Of a stretch of 12,980 nucleotides of DNA, positions 1 through 5,361 are shown one piece after another. Source of the DNA: Promethearchaeia archaeon (GTDB lineage: Archaea; Asgardarchaeota; Lokiarchaeia; Sigyniarchaeales; SOKP01). The stretch is taken from NCBI GenBank assembly GCA_046497275.1, contig JAWOFX010000161.1, positions 1 to 12,980 on the forward strand, read 5' to 3'. The notes below the pieces were generated by a model. It saw nothing but the letters and a program-made list of their open reading frames with translations. It was not told where the DNA came from and ran no database searches. The stretch's first letter is position 1; each line of letters opens with the position of its first letter. Made by a program: the position numbers and the translations under genes.

Positions 1-28
1 TTTGCTTGTTGAATTATTTATAAGTTCT

Positions 29-58
29 AAAAAAAATAATAGAAAAAGAAAAATTCAA
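29..58 (-). terminator. Probable oligo-T terminator downstream of tRNA-Sec
   Basis: The minus strand after the tRNA CCA reads TTGAATTTTTCTTTTTCTATTATTTTTTTT (T5, T5 and T8 runs), typical of archaeal intrinsic terminators. Confidence 0.5.
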
Positions 59-181
59 TGGCGGCCCAGGGGGGGATTTTCTTGATCTTAGCAAACTAAA
101 ACCATATCGAACCCCTATCCCTCCGCGGGATAACTGGATTTGAAGTCCAGCGTCAGAGACCACTCCAGACCGCCCCGGGCC
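59..181 (-). tRNA. selC: tRNA-Sec (anticodon UCA), 9/4 fold, with a 29-nt T-loop intron; 123-nt gene, 94-nt predicted mature tRNA, CCA encoded
   Basis: Manual fold of the reverse complement: 9-bp acceptor stem GGCCCGGGG/CCCTGGGCC, discriminator G, CCA; long D stem with TGGT loop; 6-bp anticodon stem GCTGGA/TCCAGT with loop CT-TCA-AA (anticodon 143-141); 6-bp variable arm TATCCC/GGGATA; 4-bp T stem GGGG/CCCC. SelB lies 3.3 kb away. Confidence 0.97.
77..105 (-). other. 29-nt tRNA intron at position 59/60 (T-loop), relaxed bulge-helix-bulge motif
   Basis: 36 nt separate the T-stem strands instead of 7. They fold as central helix TTCG/AGAA (one G.A pair), 3-nt bulges ATA and AAT, and a 9-bp hairpin TGGTTTTAG/CTAAGATCA. 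Cutting after the 2nd nt of each bulge restores the canonical T-loop TTCGATT. Confidence 0.9.
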
Positions 182-201
182 ATAGGTTTTAGTTGGGATT
201 C

Positions 202-211
202 TTTTATATTT
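202..211 (-). promoter_or_regulatory. Candidate TATA box for tRNA-Sec
   Basis: Minus strand AAATATAAAA lies about 21-30 nt upstream of the tRNA 5' G (181), the expected archaeal spacing. The AT-rich background limits specificity. Confidence 0.45.
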
Positions 212-294
212 GAGTAAATTCTTTATTTTTATTGAAATTTATCATTTTATTTTATTGATTATAGTCTTTTTTATATTTAACTCAATAGTAAGAA

Positions 295-978
295 TTATTT
301 TTGGTTTTTTCTAATTCTCACCTTAAAATCCTCACAATTTAATCGTCTATATCCTGGTCGCATCAATCTTAATTTGTATACTTTTTCAAGGTAATGAACA
401 ATTAAATGAGAGGTTGCCCCGAATACAATATATTTTTTCCCTATAGATGGGCGATAGACATATTTACCTACAGCAATTTTTTTTCCATGTAACAAATAAG
501 TTCTTTCTTTATAATTCTCTTTATTAGCAAAAAATGTAATAGGAATTTTTACAATCTCTTTTACCTCGCTCTCTTGTTTCACCATTTCCTGATTAGGTGA
601 AATGTATCCTACAATTGGTGTGATAATAAAAAGTTTCGGCGTTATATGATCATCGAAAGAACCTATAATTTGAATATTTTGTTTAGGTATACCTAACTCT
701 TCTTCTGTTTCCCTTAATGCAGTATCTATATATGAATTGTCTCTATTTTCTTCAAATTTTCCTCCTGGAAAACTCATCTCTCCAGAATGTTTATCCCCAT
801 CTCTATGGGTACGACGAATTAAAACGAGTTCATATGGTTTGTCATGATGAGCAATTATGAGAAATACGACTGCTCCTTTAGTAAAGTTCTCATCTTCCAA
901 ACAAAGTCTTGATTCCGAATCATAAGACAAAAGCCTTTCGGAAATAAAACGCCCATCAAAAATAAAGGAATTCATCAT
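295..978 (-). CDS. Nudix hydrolase, CoA pyrophosphatase (NudL/NUDT7-like) family, paralogue 1
   Basis: Family motif RR...HSGEMSFPGG precedes the Nudix box GGKFEENRDNSYIDTALRETEEELGI; later motifs ESEV and FGATS. Confidence 0.9.
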   Translation of the reverse strand: MMNSFIFDGRFISERLLSYDSESRLCLEDENFTKGAVVFLIIAHHDKPYELVLIRRTHRDGDKHSGEMSFPGGKFEENRDNSYIDTALRETEEELGIPKQNIQIIGSFDDHITPKLFIITPIVGYISPNQEMVKQESEVKEIVKIPITFFANKENYKERTYLLHGKKIAVGKYVYRPSIGKKYIVFGATSHLIVHYLEKVYKLRLMRPGYRRLNCEDFKVRIRKNQK

Positions 979-1077
979 AAGTGGTTGAATTTTCTATTAG
1001 TAATATTAAAATATTAGATTATAGAACTTAAAATAATTTTTTTTATTTTTTGAGAGTAAATCCTATAATAATTATAG

Positions 1078-1800
1078 TTATGTATCATCATTAAGTTGGG
1101 AGGTAATTTTATCTCGAGATCTTAGAAAATCTTTCAAAGATAGTATCTCATTTAGCTTAAATCTTTTAATTCCTAATTCTGACATCTCATAACCGTAAAC
1201 TCGTTCGATAAATCTCTCAATCAGGTGTGCTGTTGCGCCCCATATAAGATATTTCTTATTAAAGTGTGGATCTTTATATGTAAAATAGAAAACAGGAAAC
1301 TTTTTTCCTTCAATTTTAAATGCTTGTTCTCTGAAATTTGTCTTTTTTATGAAAAAATCGATTGGTACTTTCAAAATTTTCTGTACTTCTCTTTCTTGTC
1401 GGACCAAGGGAGCATTTGGATTAATTTTAGCAACGTAAGGGCTAACTATATATTTTGTCATTGTAGGGAAATCATTTAAACATCCCAATAATGTAATATC
1501 GTTTCTAGAAACGCCGATTTCCTCTATAGCTTCTCTTATCGCTGTATCTAATAAATTTTTATCTTTCAAAGGATCGAATTTACCCCCTGGAAACGACATT
1601 TCTCCTCTATGCTTCGTTCCTTTATTGGTTCTATGGATTATTATTAACTCATATGGTTTATTCTCATAAGGAACGATCGAAAATAAGACTGCAGAATTAA
1701 TAAATAACTTATCAGTCAATTGAATTCGTTTCGGATCATCACAAGGAATTAATTTCTCCCTAATCAATTTCTCGTCGAAAACAAAATCTACTGGAACCAT
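1078..1800 (-). CDS. Nudix hydrolase, CoA pyrophosphatase (NudL/NUDT7-like) family, paralogue 2
   Basis: HRGEMSFPGG, Nudix box GGKFDPLKDKNLLDTAIREAIEEIGV, EREV and WGATA. ATG at 1800 is preferred over the track's TTG at 1812 because MVPVDFVFD aligns with MMNSFIFD of paralogue 1. Confidence 0.9.
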   Translation of the reverse strand: MVPVDFVFDEKLIREKLIPCDDPKRIQLTDKLFINSAVLFSIVPYENKPYELIIIHRTNKGTKHRGEMSFPGGKFDPLKDKNLLDTAIREAIEEIGVSRNDITLLGCLNDFPTMTKYIVSPYVAKINPNAPLVRQEREVQKILKVPIDFFIKKTNFREQAFKIEGKKFPVFYFTYKDPHFNKKYLIWGATAHLIERFIERVYGYEMSELGIKRFKLNEILSLKDFLRSRDKITSQLNDDT

Positions 1801-1890
1801 AGATAAGAGCAAAAATTTTAAGATTATGCTTAATTGTTAATCATAATATTTGATTTAAAATAAAATTTTTAGTGGATTTGGTGGTTTCTT

Positions 1891-2187
1891 ATTAAATTAC
1901 CAAAAGAACTTAGAGAAAAGCAGGAATTAAGAACATCTGGTGGGAATACCAAAGCATGTTCTATAATAGATTGCAGAAAAGAAGCAGTTCGAAGCCTTTC
2001 TGAAAACAAATGGAAGGATTATGTTGAGCAAGCGAATTTAAAATATAAAGAAAATCGTTTAAATAAAATATATTTATGTAAAAAGCATTATAAGGAAGCT
2101 AAGAAAGTAAAACAAAAAGAAGAGAAACAATTTCAAAAAAAGGGCTTCTTAAATGATGTAAGACCTTCTGGACGTGAAAGAATCTAA
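1891..2187 (+). CDS. Unannotated 98-aa basic zinc-binding protein (C23-x4-C28...C63-x2-H66), probable ATT start
   Basis: Manual translation: (M)KLPKELREKQELRTSGGNTKACSIIDCRKEAVRSLSENKWKDYVEQANLKYKENRLNKIYLCKKHYKEAKKVKQKEEKQFQKKGFLNDVRPSGRERI*, TAA at 2185-2187. In-frame TAG at 1870-1872; SD-like GGTGG at 1880-1884. It fills an otherwise empty gap. Confidence 0.8.
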   Translation: MKLPKELREKQELRTSGGNTKACSIIDCRKEAVRSLSENKWKDYVEQANLKYKENRLNKIYLCKKHYKEAKKVKQKEEKQFQKKGFLNDVRPSGRERI

Positions 2188-2212
2188 AAGATAAACTTTG
2201 AAGTGTTAATTT

Positions 2213-2338
2213 TTAAGGAATAGCGGCCATCTGATTATAAAGTGGATTTATAAGGGTATACTGTGCAAAAATAATCCCATAAACTAGGAAAGATAATGCG
2301 ATTAATAATATGATGATCCCAATTAACTTTTTTCTCAT
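2213..2338 (-). CDS. Unannotated 41-aa single-pass membrane microprotein
   Basis: Manual translation: MRKKLIGIIILLIALSFLVYGIIFAQYTLINPLYNQMAAIP*. Basic N-terminus followed by about 20 hydrophobic residues; co-oriented 66 bp downstream of the zinc-ribbon gene. Confidence 0.6.
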   Translation of the reverse strand: MRKKLIGIIILLIALSFLVYGIIFAQYTLINPLYNQMAAIP

Positions 2339-2404
2339 TATATAATTCCCAAATTAATTATCTTCAAAAATCAATAAAAATAAATAAAGATTTAGATTTG
2401 ATTT

Positions 2405-3283
2405 CTACTGGAGTAATTTTTCAACAGTGTCGATTTTAGCTTTTACTTTCTTTAATTTGAACTCTAAATCATTTCGAATTTCCTTATATTCATCTTCTTC
2501 AATCTCTTTAGAAGAAAATCTTCCTTTATTGAGTTTTAGATCCCCAATTAAATCATTTTCTTCAATTTTTAATTCCTGTATCCACTCTTTCATACCAGCC
2601 CTTAAATCAGATAACTCTTCTTCTATTTCTTCTTTAGATTTTTTATATTTAGATTTCAAGTTATCAAAGGTATTCTTATCCACTTTTTTTAATCTGTATT
2701 GTCGGGTGAGGTTCTTGAGTTGAAAAACTTTAGCATCTAACTCATTTTTAAGCTTTTGAATTATGAATGTATCACTCATTTCTTTTTCTAATTTCTTTTC
2801 TCTCTCTTTTAGCTCTTTAATCAATGTTTTTACAGCTTCAAATTTTATATTTGTTTTCTGTTTAAAATTAAAATCATATTCATATTTCTCTTCTTTCATC
2901 ATGTTAGAAACATTTTCTAGTTTCTTTCCCAATGTTTCTTTATGAAATTGAATGTCTGAATATTCTGCATAATGTTCGATTTGTTTTTTCACATCTTCTG
3001 GTAAGGGTTTAACTTCTTTTATCTCTTCCTCTTCTTCTTTTTCTTCTTCTTCGATCTCTAATTCCTCTTCTACTCCTTCTGGTTCCTCTTCCTCCTTAAC
3101 TTTCTCTTTTTCTTTTTTACCTTTTGATTCTTTTTTTGCTTGTGCAATATCTTCTTGCATTTTCTTCTCTGCTTGTTGCTCAGCTTTCTTCGAAAGATCT
3201 GCCAATAAAGGCTTTCCGCAGATAATGCAATATTTATCATTAGGTTTAACTGGGTTACCGCAGTATGGACAAAATTTAGCCAT
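2405..3283 (-). CDS. Zinc-ribbon (CPYC...CIIC) + acidic linker + CdvA-like coiled-coil protein
   Basis: N-terminal C4 ribbon (aa 5-22), Glu-rich tract (aa 64-90), helical C-terminus with two related turn motifs (YRLKKVDKNTFDNLK and FSSKEIEEDEYKEIR). SD GAGGT at 3297-3293. Confidence 0.85.
   Translation of the reverse strand: MAKFCPYCGNPVKPNDKYCIICGKPLLADLSKKAEQQAEKKMQEDIAQAKKESKGKKEKEKVKEEEEPEGVEEELEIEEEEKEEEEEIKEVKPLPEDVKKQIEHYAEYSDIQFHKETLGKKLENVSNMMKEEKYEYDFNFKQKTNIKFEAVKTLIKELKEREKKLEKEMSDTFIIQKLKNELDAKVFQLKNLTRQYRLKKVDKNTFDNLKSKYKKSKEEIEEELSDLRAGMKEWIQELKIEENDLIGDLKLNKGRFSSKEIEEDEYKEIRNDLEFKLKKVKAKIDTVEKLLQ
3014..3094 (-). repeat. Low-complexity GAA/GAG (poly-Glu) coding tract
   Basis: 19 of 27 codons (aa 64-90) encode Glu; mixed GAA/GAG, not a perfect tandem repeat. 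Confidence 0.7.
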
Positions 3284-3436
3284 GCAAAATATACCTCTGA
3301 TATATTAATAATATTTTTAATTGATAGTTATAATTTACAATAAAATTTTAATAATTAAATGTTAAGTAGTTCAATAATTATTTGCATTTAGATTTAATTT
3401 ATTTTATTTTGACAAGAAAATTACATATAATTAAGA

Positions 3437-4855
3437 ATGGACATTAAAAAGAAAACTCCAGTGAATTTAGGATTATTTGGGCATATCGATAGCGGAAAGA
3501 CTGCTATAGCAGAGGTGCTATCAGAAATAATTTCAACAGCGGGTATTGATGCCCATCCTCAGAGTAAGGAACGAGGGATTACAATAGATTTAGGATTTAC
3601 AAGTTTTATTCTTGATAATTTTTTAGTAACTCTTGTGGACGCTCCTGGACATGCTGATTTATTGAAAATTAGCGCCTCCTCAATAGAAATAATCGATGTA
3701 GCACTGATAGTTATAGATATTAATAAGGGACCTCAAATTCAGACCGGTGAGCATTTAGTTATGATTGAATCTTTAGGAATAGAAGAGATAATTGTTATCC
3801 TAAATAAAACTGATTTATTTAAAGGAAATATTGAAGATCAAATTAATAATACTCGAAAATTCTTTGAGTCAACATCTTTTGGTCCAAATATTCCTATATA
3901 TGCCGTATCTTCAAAAGAAACAACAGGATTTGAATCATTAAAAACAGGTATTCTAAAGAAAGTCAATACTTTAGAATTAAAACGCGCCTACAATGAAGAT
4001 ACAGTTATACCAATAGACCATCATTTTTCAGTTAAAGGAATAGGGTCTGTATTGACGGGCACAGTTGTCTCTGGAAGAGTTCATTTAGGAGATCAATTAT
4101 CAATCCTTCCTATTAATATAAAGGGAAGAGTGAAGAATATACAGATCTTTCATGAAAATGTAGATTCTGCGGGAGCTGGGCATAGAGTTGGACTAAATAT
4201 GAAAAATATTGATGTGAAAAATATTTATCGTGGATGCTATGCGACAAATAACATAAATGTATTTGAGTATTGTACCATTGCAAATGTGAAAGTTAAGAAG
4301 TCAGAAATCTTTAAACCGAAAATAAATTTTGGCACCCAATTACATATAACTATAGGTATGGCAACTTCTGTAGGTAAAATCTATCCTTACAATGAGAGAG
4401 ATAATAAGAGGATTAGAAAATCCATTTCAGCTGAACAAACTGAATTTAATGCGATAATTTGGTTTAATGAAAAGGTTTTAATGAGAAAAAAGAGAAATAT
4501 TATGCTTCTTAGTCGATTAGATTTACCTCCAACCACTTTAAGAATTCTAGGATCAGCTAAACTCATCCAGATTCTTGATAAACCCCCTATTTTGCATAAA
4601 TACAAAACTAAAATAGGTAAAATCACAAATCCTGATCATTCTCAAGGAATCATATGTACTGGATTGGCTAGAAGCGTCGAAGGTGCGAGGAAGATTGTCG
4701 GTCGTGAATTAGAATCGCCATTTACCAAAATCAAAGATACATTTGGAACGAAGGGGGCAGTTATCGTAGGTGTAGAAAAAGGAAAAGCAGAGATTCAAAA
4801 AAATGATCCAGTAATTCTTAAAGAATTACGATATTTCAAGTTAAAAAACATTTAA
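3437..4855 (+). CDS. selB: Selenocysteine-specific translation elongation factor SelB/EFSec (archaeal type, with domain IV)
   Basis: G motifs GHIDSGKT, RGITIDLGF, DAPG and NKTD. Domain II has DHHF and HRVG (the SelB-type Arg where EF-Tu/EF1A has Asn). Short archaeal domain IV with TFGTKG. tRNA-Sec nearby. Confidence 0.95.
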   Translation: MDIKKKTPVNLGLFGHIDSGKTAIAEVLSEIISTAGIDAHPQSKERGITIDLGFTSFILDNFLVTLVDAPGHADLLKISASSIEIIDVALIVIDINKGPQIQTGEHLVMIESLGIEEIIVILNKTDLFKGNIEDQINNTRKFFESTSFGPNIPIYAVSSKETTGFESLKTGILKKVNTLELKRAYNEDTVIPIDHHFSVKGIGSVLTGTVVSGRVHLGDQLSILPINIKGRVKNIQIFHENVDSAGAGHRVGLNMKNIDVKNIYRGCYATNNINVFEYCTIANVKVKKSEIFKPKINFGTQLHITIGMATSVGKIYPYNERDNKRIRKSISAEQTEFNAIIWFNEKVLMRKKRNIMLLSRLDLPPTTLRILGSAKLIQILDKPPILHKYKTKIGKITNPDHSQGIICTGLARSVEGARKIVGRELESPFTKIKDTFGTKGAVIVGVEKGKAEIQKNDPVILKELRYFKLKNI

Positions 4856-4895
4856 ATTTTGAAATAATATTATAATTATAAGTGAGGTTTTTAAA

Positions 4896-5318
4896 TTGGC
4901 AAGTAGTCATTGGTCTGAATTAGAAGGAGTTGACAAGGAAGTATTAGCTGAATTAATGAAAAGCTTAGAATGGTTGGAAAGCTCAACAGATTTAGAGGGA
5001 ACTGCGATAGTTTCCAAAACAGGTCTTCGAGTAGCCAGTTCTGAGACAGCTGACGTTGTTGCGGACATATACAGCGCAAGTCCGGCAACCTTACTCTCAT
5101 TAGGAGAGAAAATTAGTAATAGTTTAGACCAAGGGGAACTTCGTGAAATTGTAATTAGAGGGACGAATGGGTATACCATTATAGTTGTAGGTTCTGCCGA
5201 GAAAAACTTTATGTTATTTACTAATTGTAAAAAAGGTTATAAACTCGGATATTACTTTCATAAGATTCGAAAGGCTTTTCGGTCTATGGAACCGCTTTTA
5301 GATAAGATTAAAGCTTAA
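4896..5318 (+). CDS. Roadblock/LC7 (MglB-like) domain protein
   Basis: Typical pattern: EGTAIVSKTGLRVASS, helix, then ELREIVIRGTNGYTIIV beta strands and a C-terminal helix. TTG start with SD GAGGT at 4884-4888. Confidence 0.85.
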   Translation: MASSHWSELEGVDKEVLAELMKSLEWLESSTDLEGTAIVSKTGLRVASSETADVVADIYSASPATLLSLGEKISNSLDQGELREIVIRGTNGYTIIVVGSAEKNFMLFTNCKKGYKLGYYFHKIRKAFRSMEPLLDKIKA

Positions 5319-5361
5319 TGTTCTTATATTTAAAATAAAAAAGAAAAAATTCATATTTTTA

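Noticed and set aside
202-278. Repeated TTTTATATTT and TTTATT(T)TTATTGA words between the tRNA and Nudix genes
   Set aside because: Low complexity; no regular repeat-spacer structure, so not CRISPR-like.
1225-1479. 84-aa plus-strand ORF
   Set aside because: Antisense shadow inside Nudix paralogue 2; no recognisable motif.
2427-2945. 98-aa and 60-aa plus-strand ORFs rich in Ser/Phe/Leu
   Set aside because: Composition is the reverse complement of the Glu/Lys-rich coiled-coil gene.
4387-5179. Minus-strand ORFs 4387-4626, 4891-5100 and 4907-5179
   Set aside because: Antisense to selB and the Roadblock gene; no independent evidence.
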